Of a stretch of DNA of 64,000 nt, positions 19,329-31,400 are shown piece by piece (within the stretch, counting starts at the first letter, position 1; every line of letters begins with the position of its first letter). Under the pieces are notes generated by a model that worked only from the letters and a program-made list of their open reading frames with translations, was not told the DNA's origin and did not search any database. Location of the stretch: the IMG/VR virus record IMGVR_UViG_2894625894_000003, positions 32,001-96,000 of that record. One strand, given 5' to 3'. The DNA is from a virus. Lineage: Duplodnaviria > Caudoviricetes. The translations under genes and the position numbers were made by a program.

Positions 19329-20039
19329 TTAACCCAAACGGGCAATTCGGCCCCGTACGGCAAAAGAACCCGCCGGAGGGGTGATAACATCACTAGCGGG
19401 GGTATAATCGAGAGCTTTAAGAAAATCGGCTACAAAGCGGTGTCCCACCTGATTGATATGGAGCCCTTCCGCTGACATCTGATTGAGGTTGGGGGCCAGC
19501 TGCATGGCGTGGTAAACATCGGCCAGCACACAGTGCTGTTGCCTGGCAACATCAATAGCAGCCTGTACGTAGGCATCCGCTATTTCCCGGGTGGGTGCCT
19601 GGGTAACCCCACACTCCCCGACTGAAAATCCCAAATTCGGAAACCAGTAGCCCGTATGAATGACAATGTCTTCCGCCTGCCACCCCTTTTCTATACAGCC
19701 CAGTACAGCACGGTTTAAGGTCAATTTAAAATTGGTGGGGTTAAGCAGGTTCGTAATATTGATTAACAGGTCATTGGTTCCGTAGGCTAAAAAGAGTCGG
19801 CCATGAGCCGAAGTTTTTTCAGGCACCAGTTCAACGTCAAACCAGGCCCGATTACACCCCAGGGTGGAAACTGTAGACTGCAAACATGCCCCACCCACAC
19901 CCTGGTTATCTTCGATGCCGTTTCGTTCCGCACATAACAAGCTACTCCACCGATTGGCGTAGCCACCGGCCAGATACCCCTCCGTCATGGAATCTCCAAA
20001 AAAGACGGCTATCTTACCTTCAAAGTCAAGTGCTATCAT
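19329..20039 (-). CDS. SGNH/GDSL hydrolase (esterase)
   Basis: FGDSMT, GVGG, YGTND, GLHIN..GH. Confidence 0.9.
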   Translation of the reverse strand: MIALDFEGKIAVFFGDSMTEGYLAGGYANRWSSLLCAERNGIEDNQGVGGACLQSTVSTLGCNRAWFDVELVPEKTSAHGRLFLAYGTNDLLINITNLLNPTNFKLTLNRAVLGCIEKGWQAEDIVIHTGYWFPNLGFSVGECGVTQAPTREIADAYVQAAIDVARQQHCVLADVYHAMQLAPNLNQMSAEGLHINQVGHRFVADFLKALDYTPASDVITPPAGSFAVRGRIARLG

Positions 20040-20773
20040 GGGTAAAGGGTCAATTTAGGAGCATACACTTTCCCCGAGTTGTTCATCGACAGCATCAAAT
20101 ACACGTTACCAATCATGGGTGTCAGGGTAAGTATATCGATCCAGGTGATGTTGTCATTAGACTCCTGGAGTTTAACTGCCCCATCAGCTTCCCGGATGAT
20201 ACCCACATAGGTAACTACCGTGTTTTTGACGGTTGTCTGTACGTTGTTTTCCCATCGAAGTATCCGCTGATTACCCTGGAAGTACGATAGTTGAATGGAA
20301 TCCACAAAGTCAGTATGATTACCAGTGCCGGTGGTACTCAAGCCCAGGATAAAATCAGAATCAGTATTATCGGCTCTCATCCATACCCGACCTTTCTTGC
20401 CATCAGGTATAACCTGTTGAGCGGGAGCCGCCGTGTGGTAGGTTGGCCCCGACTGATACGTAATGGTAGTAGCTGTTTCCGTATAAGCATTACCAAACGT
20501 CAAAGGAGTTGACGTAGGAATGGTTGGCCCCGAGCCACCCCCTCCGCCCCCAATGACACTTAGGGGATTCGCTGCCGTTCCGACACCAGCAAAGTGTTCC
20601 TCGTTAAAGTAGATGGCTGCCTCCTGGAGTTTCTGATCGACAAAACTTTCCAGACTACCTCCCGATGGTATTGATCCCGTACCGGATTCCAGGGCGGCTA
20701 CACGGGCAGCTAATCGACACAGATCGCGGTGCATGGCGGGTATATCATAAAACGACGGTCGACGGAGATTCAT
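20036..20773 (-). CDS. Fibre/spike protein with beta-sandwich C-terminus
   Basis: ATG 20773; N-terminal coiled coil, Gly linker, beta-rich domain. Confidence 0.7.
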   Translation of the reverse strand: MNLRRPSFYDIPAMHRDLCRLAARVAALESGTGSIPSGGSLESFVDQKLQEAAIYFNEEHFAGVGTAANPLSVIGGGGGGSGPTIPTSTPLTFGNAYTETATTITYQSGPTYHTAAPAQQVIPDGKKGRVWMRADNTDSDFILGLSTTGTGNHTDFVDSIQLSYFQGNQRILRWENNVQTTVKNTVVTYVGIIREADGAVKLQESNDNITWIDILTLTPMIGNVYLMLSMNNSGKVYAPKLTLYP

Positions 20774-20877
20774 AAAATGATTGGGTGGAGAGAAAGCAAT
20801 TACCAAATTTGGTAAAAACACCTTCTCATCCACCCTATTTTAGAAAAACCCAAACTGGGAATATAGCCGTTTCAACC

Positions 20878-23800
20878 TTACCGGCTGTTCTTGAAAACCA
20901 TCTGAAGGTACTGCAGCTGCTGCTCGGGATTAAGCAGTTTCATCACCTGCCAGAAGGGAGCAAAGATGGATTTATAGAGCTTGTTTTCCAGTTTATAGTC
21001 CCCCTGTTGGTACCCAGGGCCTGACCGGTTATACTGATCGTTAAACGTAAAGTTGATCCCCTCCTCCCCGTATTCAACACCCACCAACTGGCCGAGTAAT
21101 CCTACCGTGGCATCATACGAACGGATCTGGGCTAGCGGGGACTTGACGATCTGCAGGGCCTTGTCCCATGTAAATACCGGTCCCAGATGGCCTGGTACGA
21201 TATACCAGGGTAAGTACATACCCACATCATCGGCCATCCGACGGGCAAACAACTCCAGGTTCAAAAGGACCACCGACCGGTCTTCATCGTCATCATCCTC
21301 GTTGAGCGCATGTAGACCAGCGGCCAGCAATCCCATCATACCAAACACAGCCAGCTCAAAAGTTGTCCGGTACATGGCCGAGCGGAGATCCCCGGTAGCA
21401 TCTCCGTAGACAAACTGATCGAAGCCTTCCAGGTTTTTACTGAGCCGGCGCCCCGACAGAGCATCCAGAGCACCCGCTGTGGGTCTCAGGGCTACGTTCT
21501 TCAGCCCATACCAAGCCAGCTGGGCAATTCCTTTCTGGTCATAGACCTCCTTGTAGAGCTGAGCCAGGTACTGCCGGAAGTAGCCCTCTGTCACGTCCCC
21601 CGATTCCCAGTCAAACCGCCGACGGGAAAACCGGCTCCGGAAGCTGGAATAGAGATACTTCTTGAACATCATGGCCATCTTGCCCAGCCATCTTCGCTGG
21701 AGCATCCCCTTATCGAGTTTGTTGTAGTGGCCATGCAGTTCCTTATTAACCGAGTGGAGCCGTCTCTGGAAATCCCGCAGTATCTCATCCGAGACCTCAC
21801 TGGACCAGCTTACTACCTCACCTGGCTGGTGTTCGACCGCTTCCCACAATGATTTACCGGAAGGGAGTTTGTAGCCCCGCATGAGCTGGACCATCGACTG
21901 GGTCTGGATCAGGTGTTCGGCTCCCGACTGAGTCCAATACAAGGCTCGGTCCTGCATCTTCTGGGCATTACCGATACGGCTTAATTCCCCAAACTCGTCG
22001 ATGGCCTCCCCCTGGATGGCATCAAAATACAACGTCAGCTGACCCAGCTTTGACTTTTTATTCAGACTGGGCTCCCGCAGGTCCTTGAAGAAATCCCCGT
22101 TCCGCATGGCCGTCCAGTAGTCTCCCATTGCTGCCTTGGCATCGGCCGCCGTCGAGTACCGACCCGAGATCGCTTCACTCCAGTTGGAGAACAGCCCCAT
22201 CCCTACGTTGCCAAACATGGAGGTTACGTTCCAGGCCAGGGATGTAAAGGAGGCATAACCCATCATTCCCTGAGCCGCCTTGTTAAGATCCAGATTGCCG
22301 AAGCCCGGCATATTCAAGAAGGCCTCGTGGGTTTCCTCTCCGTAAACGACATCATCGATAAATTCCAGGAGCTTCTGATTCAGCCGGGGACCCTGGGTCT
22401 TGAGTCGGTTGTCAAGACCTTCCAGCAATTTCCGACCCCGGGCTGGTAGCCCTTCCGGGTTGTATTGGGTAGCTGTCCGGGCATTGATGCCCAGTAGAGA
22501 ATCCCCCGCAACCAGCGTTCGTAGTAACTGTACCTGGGGCTCCAGTTGCCGCATGGACCGGTATTGGTTGGCCCCCATCCGGTAGGCCATTACCGATCGA
22601 AACAGATCCATCTCCAGTTTATCCTCGTCAATGAACTGTACGTGACGAACCGGGATCCGCCGGACTGGGTCATTGTTGAGATACTGTTCGACGGCGGGAC
22701 GCCCGGTTGCCTGATCCGGTTGGTTAAGCTGTAGGTTCTGCCAGTAGTCCAATTTCAATACCCCCCGGAGCCAGTCCCAAAAACCGTCCCACCGGGATTT
22801 AGCCAGTTGGGTAGCGGAGGTTTCGATAGCTGCCACCTGGGGTAGGATGCCGTGTTTGAGGCCGACTCCCCCCAGCTTATAACCCGCTCCGTCCCAGGCC
22901 GCATAGAGTTTCTGATAATAACCCAACATGGGCTCATCCTGGCGGAGGTTTTGCCAGGCCTGTTTACTGAGTCCGGCAAAGCCCCCCGCTTCCACGTGGT
23001 ACTGGTCTTTGCGGAGCCGTTGCATGTCCCCGCCCCAGTAAGCATAGCCCACTACGTTCTGATGAGCCGTAGCACTACTAAGGTTAACCCACTCCCATTG
23101 CCGGCTTTCCCCAACCTGTTTCTGGACCAGCAGATAGCGGTTAGCCCCATCGTGATAGCCCGCGAGGTTATCAACCCAGTCGGCATTCTTTTTATCCTTC
23201 CAGGAAGCAAACAACTTGGCCACATCCTGGTCTTCCCGAATCCGCTGGTAGCTGGTATTGTTCCGCAGGTAATTAGACAGATGCTCGGTTGTGGGCTGGG
23301 TAGGCCTGCCCTGCCGGTCCAATACCCCATTCTCGTGGAGTTTCTGTAGCCGCTCGGTACCGGTGACGGTCTCCTGGTGTTCCCCGTAGAACTGGCCAAT
23401 CAGTGTATTTTTTATGTTCCGGCGGAGCAGGTAGGGTTTGTCTTTGGACCAGGCCCAGTCCTTCAGCACGGGTTCGGTGGTTTTCTGCCCCTTGCGGAAA
23501 TTATCGAATAACCGGGTACGAATGGCATCATACGCCGGATTACCCTGACGACTAAGCAGGAAGTTAAACAAGGCCCGATCATCCGGCACCCCGTCTTCCT
23601 GTGGCATCACGATGTCCCATAGCGCGGATACCCGGCCAGGCAGCTGGTTATAGAAAGCCGTCTGGTGAGCTTCCCATTTGGCCGTATCAAACTCAGTCAG
23701 AAAGGCCTTTTTGCGGTGAGCTTTAAGCTGCCTGGTTTCCCCAAAGACCGTAACCGGTATGACTGGGTTGCCCGCTTCGATCCAGGCCTCATCAGCCTCC

Positions 23801-25434
23801 TGGCCCGATACGTGAGGAACCAGAATAGAGTGAGTCATGGCCTGGTGCTTGTCCCGGATTTCGGAGGCCGACAGCCCCTGACTCTCCCAGCCCAGCTCGT
23901 CGCGGACAGCCGAGAGTTTTTGGGCAATTTCTACTGTTTCTCCGTGAGCCTGATAGACCGCATCGGATACAATACTGGCTACACCAGCCAGCACCGGATC
24001 GTGGGACTTAACGGCCGCATCGACCCAGGTTTTAACGAAGTCCTCATCCCGGTCGGCATTCCTGAGCAAATCCTTCAGTTTCTTCTTGTCGAGCAGGAAG
24101 GCTTCGTCGGGATGGGTTTCATTCGGGTGGTCTTTCTTCCAGGCCTCGATTGTCTTACGAATGTCGGTTTGCCGGCTTTCCAGCGTAGGCCATAACCAGT
24201 CTTCTACCAGCTGGTAGTGAATGTCAGTCAATTGGTCCCGCAGCACTCCGTACTTAGCGACAGCCGAATCCAGGATGGTATCAATGGTTCGAATCCGGTA
24301 GGTATCAAAGAGTTTCTTGAGGTCTTCGGTAAACTGCTGCCCGTCAGCTACCGTTAGATCCGAAGAGTCGGTACCAAATCGTTCCTGAATTAACCGGAAC
24401 AGGGCCTCTTCCGAGACAGCCGGCGACGAGAGTAATTCATTGATGGAAGCGACCGATGAAGACAGGAGTTTCCCTTCCAGTAAATCCGTTAGGGCATCCC
24501 GGAATTCTGGTCCCAGATTCAGTGTCGAGCGGGCAGACGGCTTGTAGCCCGCTGCTGCCATCTCCTGGCGGAGTTGCACAATCCCGTTAAACAGGTACAG
24601 GTAATGCTTGGACTTGCCAATCTGACGGGCTAGTTGTTTGAGCTCATCTACTTTCTCGGAGGCCTCAAGATCCGTGTTAGCCTGTAAGGCTTTAAATCGG
24701 GCCAGTACCCCTTTTTGAGGGTCAAAGAAATTCTGGTCGATCTTATCCAGCCAGTTGGTAGTCTCCACCACGTACTTGGACAGCGATTCAGCCATTGCCT
24801 CCGTCGTATTATCAGTAAGCTGGGCCACCTGGGCAAAGAGCCGGTTGCTGGTTAGCCGCTTGTCAGGAGACTCAATAGCCCGCTGGGCAATATTCTGGGC
24901 GTAGGTCTGTAGGGTAGATTTGAGTCGGGTGAATTTATCCTTGAACCAGTCAGCATGTTCACCGACATATTCAGTCCATTCGTCCTGAATCGACTGTTGG
25001 TGATCGGCATTGATCTGATCCGTCAGTAGTGTCTGCAGGTCACGGTCCGAGAGGTCCGCTACAGGGGCGGGCTCGTTGACCTGAATTTGATCGGCTGGAC
25101 TAGCCAGCGGCCGGACATCGACGGCTAATGCCCAGATGGGATTCCCCTGAGCGTCGGTTCGGGGAATGATCCGCAGGATGTCGTCGAGTACGCCGTGCTC
25201 AGCCTGCAGCCGCTGGTTGATCGTCTGGATGAGGGGCTGCTGGCGGGTAAACAAACCCGAAGTGGGATGGCCTACCCGCAGGAATCCCTCTCGCACCGGA
25301 AATAGCGGGGAGGTCGTATCCTGGGGATCGACGGCAGCCCGTATTTCCCGGGCTGTGTCGTTGTGGAGTTGACGGAGCCGGCTTAGTTCCGGCCCCGTAT
25401 AGTGGTTGTCTAAGTAGGGTATTTTACAGGACAT
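20878..25434 (-). CDS. Giant virion (ejected cargo) protein 3
   Basis: 1518 aa directly after vRNAP (TGATG overlap); HGHYNKLDK...RRWLGKMAMMFKKY...EGYF motif; hydrophobic segment near C-terminus. Confidence 0.85.
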   Translation of the reverse strand: MSCKIPYLDNHYTGPELSRLRQLHNDTAREIRAAVDPQDTTSPLFPVREGFLRVGHPTSGLFTRQQPLIQTINQRLQAEHGVLDDILRIIPRTDAQGNPIWALAVDVRPLASPADQIQVNEPAPVADLSDRDLQTLLTDQINADHQQSIQDEWTEYVGEHADWFKDKFTRLKSTLQTYAQNIAQRAIESPDKRLTSNRLFAQVAQLTDNTTEAMAESLSKYVVETTNWLDKIDQNFFDPQKGVLARFKALQANTDLEASEKVDELKQLARQIGKSKHYLYLFNGIVQLRQEMAAAGYKPSARSTLNLGPEFRDALTDLLEGKLLSSSVASINELLSSPAVSEEALFRLIQERFGTDSSDLTVADGQQFTEDLKKLFDTYRIRTIDTILDSAVAKYGVLRDQLTDIHYQLVEDWLWPTLESRQTDIRKTIEAWKKDHPNETHPDEAFLLDKKKLKDLLRNADRDEDFVKTWVDAAVKSHDPVLAGVASIVSDAVYQAHGETVEIAQKLSAVRDELGWESQGLSASEIRDKHQAMTHSILVPHVSGQEADEAWIEAGNPVIPVTVFGETRQLKAHRKKAFLTEFDTAKWEAHQTAFYNQLPGRVSALWDIVMPQEDGVPDDRALFNFLLSRQGNPAYDAIRTRLFDNFRKGQKTTEPVLKDWAWSKDKPYLLRRNIKNTLIGQFYGEHQETVTGTERLQKLHENGVLDRQGRPTQPTTEHLSNYLRNNTSYQRIREDQDVAKLFASWKDKKNADWVDNLAGYHDGANRYLLVQKQVGESRQWEWVNLSSATAHQNVVGYAYWGGDMQRLRKDQYHVEAGGFAGLSKQAWQNLRQDEPMLGYYQKLYAAWDGAGYKLGGVGLKHGILPQVAAIETSATQLAKSRWDGFWDWLRGVLKLDYWQNLQLNQPDQATGRPAVEQYLNNDPVRRIPVRHVQFIDEDKLEMDLFRSVMAYRMGANQYRSMRQLEPQVQLLRTLVAGDSLLGINARTATQYNPEGLPARGRKLLEGLDNRLKTQGPRLNQKLLEFIDDVVYGEETHEAFLNMPGFGNLDLNKAAQGMMGYASFTSLAWNVTSMFGNVGMGLFSNWSEAISGRYSTAADAKAAMGDYWTAMRNGDFFKDLREPSLNKKSKLGQLTLYFDAIQGEAIDEFGELSRIGNAQKMQDRALYWTQSGAEHLIQTQSMVQLMRGYKLPSGKSLWEAVEHQPGEVVSWSSEVSDEILRDFQRRLHSVNKELHGHYNKLDKGMLQRRWLGKMAMMFKKYLYSSFRSRFSRRRFDWESGDVTEGYFRQYLAQLYKEVYDQKGIAQLAWYGLKNVALRPTAGALDALSGRRLSKNLEGFDQFVYGDATGDLRSAMYRTTFELAVFGMMGLLAAGLHALNEDDDDEDRSVVLLNLELFARRMADDVGMYLPWYIVPGHLGPVFTWDKALQIVKSPLAQIRSYDATVGLLGQLVGVEYGEEGINFTFNDQYNRSGPGYQQGDYKLENKLYKSIFAPFWQVMKLLNPEQQLQYLQMVFKNSR

Positions 25435-28400
25435 CAGGCAGGGGTTGAGCAGTCATTGATCTGCTGGTCAGTATCCGAGAGGGGTGGCTGGGGGGCCATC
25501 TCAGCTTTCTGGCTGAGGGCGGTGACGGTTTGCCGGTTTCTTGACAGAGCGACGTATTTGAGAGCGTTCTGTTCGTTGAGGTAGGGCTGGCCTTTGGATT
25601 GGATAACCCGGTCGGCCTGGGTATTCTCCAGGTTGTCGTAGTCCACAAAGGTATGACTATAGGTAGACCCTTGTGATTTGTGTACCGTAACTGCGTAACC
25701 GTAATCGATATTTTTCTCAAAAACGGCCTTCTGGGGTTCCCGTTCGAAAGGCATCATGCCCGTGGCATCCTTTTCGAAGAGTTCAGGGTGCTGTTTACGA
25801 AGCATACCCATCGTCGTCATCTGCCCTCGGAAACTAACCAGATCCTGGGGCATCTGGTAGGTCGAGAAGAAATCATCGAAATCCTTACTGGCCGCCTGCC
25901 GGAACTTCCAGGGAACGGACCGGTTGTCGACAAAGGACTTCCAGGCCACCAGCTGGCGAAACAGAGGTATGTTGTCGGGATCCTCCGGGTTGAGTATTGT
26001 CACCCGGCTGGGTTTGAGCAAGTCATCCTCCCCCAGCTCCCGCATCAGGGCCTGATCCTCGGGCGTAAACAGGGGCTGCAAGCTGACCTTATAGCCTGAC
26101 AAAGACACTTTAGGAGCCGGTTGGCCGTCGATCAGAAACGGAATCCGGATTTCTTTCTGGATGTATTCCGATTCAAGAATCTGGTAGTCCATACCATTCT
26201 GGACTTCAGGGTTTTCGCCAGACTGGTTGTAGCCCATCAGAATGTCCCCTACTGCATACTCACCCGTCTTACCCTGCACAGTCCGAATCAACCGGTTATA
26301 AGCGGCTACCGAGGAATTGGTATAGCTGAGCACTTTGGCAAAAAGAGGGTCCGTCTGGTAGCTGGTCGAGGTAAAGGCCCGCTCCAGAGCCTGCTGGAAG
26401 GCATTCCGGTTTTTGGTAAAATACACCCCGTCTCCATTGCTGGCCTTTTGGGTGTACATCGGATACTTCTCGGCCCGGTTCAATAGGTTCTGCCGGATAG
26501 TCGTCAAAATACCAAGCTGAGGGTTTTCTGAGGAAATCCGTTTAACCTCCGTCAGCTCAACCCCGTCCTGGGGACCCGTAAACTGTAGGGCATCCGAGAG
26601 GGTTGTCTGCCCTACGGGAGGGAGCTGAGCCGGATCCCCCATGAAGATAATGCTGGAGCCTTTCTGGCGGGCCAGCATCATCAGGTCGTCGTAGTCCGAA
26701 CGGGCAATCATGGACGATTCATCCATAATCAGAATACCATTCTGGGGCATCTTGTTATTCATGCCCAATACCCACTGACCGTCTTCCTTGCGTTTATTGA
26801 GAATCTTGGCCATCGTAAACGATTCGGCCCGAATACCACCCCGCAGCATGGACAACTTGAGAATCAACCGGGCTTTGTGGGTAGGGGCTCCCAGCATGAT
26901 CGGTTTAAAGCCGGATTTCTTATTCTGCCGGAAGTACTGAACAATAAACTTGGAGATTGTCGACTTACCTGTACCGGCATACCCCCGTAAAACGAACTGG
27001 GTTTGTCCCGCCTTGATCGCATCGACAGCCGCCTGGAGGGCAGCTCCCTGCTGGGATCCCAGTTCAAAGCCTGTCTCGATTACCGTTCCATCGGTAAAGG
27101 TGAACACCGGTCCCGAGGGTGTTTTAGCGGAAGCCGTTTCGGTTTCGGGCTGACCGGCCGTTTGTGGATTCTGCCCATTATTTTCATTATAGGCATCTAC
27201 AACTTTCTGAACCCGGGCTTTAAACTTGGTATGGGTCTCCCCCGCTCCCTGGTTCAGTAATGCATCAAAGGCCCGGTTGTTTTCGTCGAGGAGTACGTCC
27301 ACTTTCTGACCATAGTAGTTGTAGGTGACCGTAGTGGTTTTAGGTTCGTCCATTTTAGGAGCTTCCACTACTGGTACTTCCTTCGGCTCAACCGGTTTCC
27401 CAACCGTGTTAGCCGTCTTGGTCAGTACGTCCCGAATGGCCTGACGACCCGACTCCTTGAGATCCCGTGAGCCTATACCCGCAAAGTTTTTGGTCAGTGT
27501 GGGGGTAACTGTCGGCTCCCAGGTCCGGGTGGCAGGGTTCCAGGTATTCCAGTTCCCCGCCGTCTGGTCAAACACATATACCGGTTTTTTATCCAGTATG
27601 GCCCCGTAGATAGCATAGATCGTACCTCGGTCCAGCGGGACATTAGTACGACCCGCCCGGGTACCAAAGCCTTTCGAGATGGCAAAGACAGCGTCCGAAT
27701 AATACACCTGGCCATAATTTCGATACCGGTAGTGACCGTAACCCCGGTCGACATTTTCCCCAAAGAACTTGTCGATGGTATCAGCTACCTCTTTCCCCCG
27801 GGCATAGATAGCTTCATCCAGTGGGGTAGCCTTCCGACCTTTGTTACGTAGGGTCATTGAATCGACCGATCCCTGTCCAGGCTCCCGGTAGTGAATCGAC
27901 TTTATACCCAGTCGTTCTCCTTCCAGATCCCAGGCCTCATCAGCCCCCTGAGCCCCACCACTGTGGTTGACAAAGTCTGTTAATACCGCATCCACAGTAG
28001 GAACCGGAGTTGTGGGGACCTCCACCAGATCTGTTCCTAACACACTCCGGTAATAGTTACGGATGGGCTCCCCACCTGGTGACTGAATCCAGTGTCGAAG
28101 TAGCTTTCGGGACTCTTCCATCGGCTGGGGATCCGTAGTGACTGGACTCACGGCCCGTACTCCCAGTGGAACACTCTGCAGATAAACCGCCCGGTACCCT
28201 TTTGCTAGTTCACTACCAGCTGCATCGGCTTTTTGCTGACTGCCAGCCGTATCGTAGTAGCGGAATAGCTCGTATACCCGATCTCTATAGGTAATGGTTC
28301 GGGGGAAAGCGACACCCTCCACATCACCCCGCAGACCCAGGCTGTTGATCAATGGTACTTTCTGGTTTTCGTTTTCGGCCGCTATCAGGGGGTTCATGTC

Positions 28401-31400
28401 AAAAGCCAGCATCGAGGGCCGGGTTTTACCCCGCAGATTCATGGGCTGCCCGTCCATACTGTAACCCGTCAACATCTTGTAGGCTTCCACCTTTTTGGCT
28501 AGTTCCGAATCGGCACGGGGTAGCCGGGTTTTCTGTAGCAGGGGTATGTAGCCGGCGTGGAGTTTCACCCGGTTGAGCAACTGATCTTCGTAGACCTCAT
28601 TGGGTTTGCCCGTAATAGAAGCCAGGCTCCCTGTTTCCATAAACCGGTTCAGCATCTGGCTCAGATCCGAGAACATGGCCGTATGAAAGATCTTGGAAAT
28701 ACTACCCATCCGAAACTGCCCCCCATCCTTCATCATAAAATAGTAGAACAGCTGGTGGGCCAGGCGGGGGCCTACATACCCCTCTTCGGCCGTATTCTTA
28801 TACTGATATAGATCAACGAAGGCATCCATCAACCCCTCCTGCTCTTCGGGCCGGAGTTTGGCAATCGAGTCGAACTTGAGTGTATCAACCCCGTCGGCCT
28901 CCGAGCCGAACTGACTGATGACCTTACGGAATAGTAGGTTTCCCCGTAACGGATGCTGAAAAGGTATTCCGGTATCGGCTTCCGCTACCAGACCCGGCTC
29001 CAGCTCTGTTCGGTAAAAATCCGACCAGGCCCGGGCCATCGTGGGTTCGTCTCCCGTTTGGAAAACCAGACTGGCTTTAAAACTCGTCGATGGATGGGCC
29101 GGTGAATCCTGCTGGCTCAGCCAGTGACTGTAGAGGGTAGTCAGTAGGTAACTCTCCACGTCATCGGCAACTCGTTCCCGGTCGGTCGTTGACAAATAGC
29201 CCAACTGCCCCTCAAGCCGTTGCTGGAAGCCGACAAAGGCGGGTGTTCGGCGGAGGAACAACTGCTGCTGAAGGGCCTGCTGACCGGGAAGAATCCGGCG
29301 GATGTAGTTGTGCAGCTGGGCCGCTTTTTGCTTATTTACCGGCGCTTCCAGGGCATCGGCTACCCAGACGGCACGGCTGTTTTTATACTCCTCATAATCC
29401 TCCCGCAGGCTGCCGTCCTGGTTGTAGCCGAGGTTAGCCCGGCTGGTAACCAGGTTATCAAAACTAGCCATATCCGAGCCGAAGCCTTTCTTGAGTTTGA
29501 CAAACCGGGTTAGATCCGACAGATGATTATTCATCGTTTCCAGGTTGACATAGTCAAACAGGATCTGAGCTTCCAGGCCCGGATTACCCAGTGGGTTCAC
29601 GCCCAGCTGTTGATAGTCTGTAGCGGGCACCGACGTTCCAGCCCGGTTGGCCAGCAGTAGGCCGGTTAGCTGATCAGTCGTATAGGTCAGCTCATGGTCC
29701 TGGAAGGGAGTATCCCCCAGTAGCTCGGATAACAGTTTCTGACGGCTCTGTATCCGTAGACTGGATTCAGAGTCTCGCAGGACGGCATAGTCCTTAAGTC
29801 GGGAAGCCTGTAGATACCGTTGTATCACCGGTTGGTTGACAAACAGCAGGGCCTCTTTCAACGAATACTGCCCCGTGGCAATGAGCTGGATAACCACCCC
29901 CTGAGAGGAGTCAGTCAGACCGAAAAAGGCATTGAGCTGCTCCTTGGCCTCGTCGGTATCCGCCGTGATGATCGTCGAAATCAAATCGAAGACCCGGGTC
30001 ATCCGGCTGGGATCCGTAGCGTCTTTGGTCATGGGCTGAAACAGAGCCCCACCCCGGGCCAGCGCCTGGGTTTTAAACCCGTTCAGCCGGGGTAAAAAGT
30101 TTGGGTTGATCACCACACCCAGATCCATAGCCCGGATCAGCGTCAGGTTCCCGTTTACCCCGATACCGATTAACCCTTTTCCCGTCATATTACCCCGGTG
30201 AACCCGGCTGTGGGCACCAAACCAGTGCAGGGCAATGGGCTGGCTGGTCTGCCCAAACAAACTGTGCTTACGGCCTTCCGTATCCGTATAGGCACTATCC
30301 TTCAATTCATTAAGGGCATCTAAACTAGCTGGTGTATTGTAGATGGCGTCACCATCCAGACCACCCAGTGTCTGGGTATTAACCAGCGCCTGCTGCTGAA
30401 GAGCCAGTAACTGGTTGTTGACCCAACCATTGTTGAGTAGGTTCCCTCCTTTTTCCAGCCAGTCGGTAACGTTAGTCGGCAAACCAAACTCGGCCATAAT
30501 TATATTCTCCTGCTGGCGAATTAAGGAGGACAACTCCCGGGTGGGCTCCAGCAGCTGCCGGCGGACATCGTTCAATATCGACAGCGTCTGGTAGGCATCC
30601 CGTTTGTCGGCCGAGAGGGCAAACAAAAACTGTCGATCGTCCCGATCCAGTTCACCATCCAGATCCAGCAGCCGGGTCATGGACTCTTTTATCTGTTGGA
30701 TTTCCTGATAACCGGCCTGACTGGCTCCTTTGATCTGATCCAGTTGAAACCGGAAGTCAGCCACCCGTTGTTGTAGGGTCTGGTACAAGGGGGTGTCCAG
30801 CAGGGCTTTTTTCCGTAGACTGGTCAACACCTTGGTATGGGAAAAAACATACTTCCGGTAGTCTTCGTAATTACCCTCATCGGTGGGCTGGGTACCGTAG
30901 GCTACGAATTGACCGGCTTTCCAATACCCTTCCGTTTTTAAGGTGTACTCTTTATCCACGTCAAAGTCACCCCCCGACAGTTCCACAACCTCAGCTGGCA
31001 GAATGATCGATGAGCCCAGGTAGTGAGGCAAGGCATCGACCCACTCCATGTTCATGGCCGAGTGCTTATCCTGGGAAGGAATCCGGATACCGACCATATC
31101 CCGAAGGGCCTCTTCCCGGCCCGTCATCCGGGCTTCCCAAGGCGGCAACAGCATTTCCGAGAAATAGCCTGTAACAGCGCCAGCCTCCCAGCGAGGCTTG
31201 ACATGTCGTAGCCGGTCGATAATATACGGATTACCCGATTCGATAGCCTGCCGGGCAGTAATATACCAATCCCCGCTCTGTTCAGATTCCGTGCCTGCCC
31301 AGCTGGCATTCAGCTTGCCGTCTGTATAGGTATGGAAAAACCGTTTATCGGACAACTCAGTAGTTTGTATTCCCGACATACTCAGCCGGTAGTAATCCGG

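Noticed and set aside
11382-20773. Diversity-generating retroelement or invertible fibre cassette
   Set aside because: No reverse transcriptase or recombinase, and no near-identical repeat pair noticed by eye; a self dot-plot would be decisive
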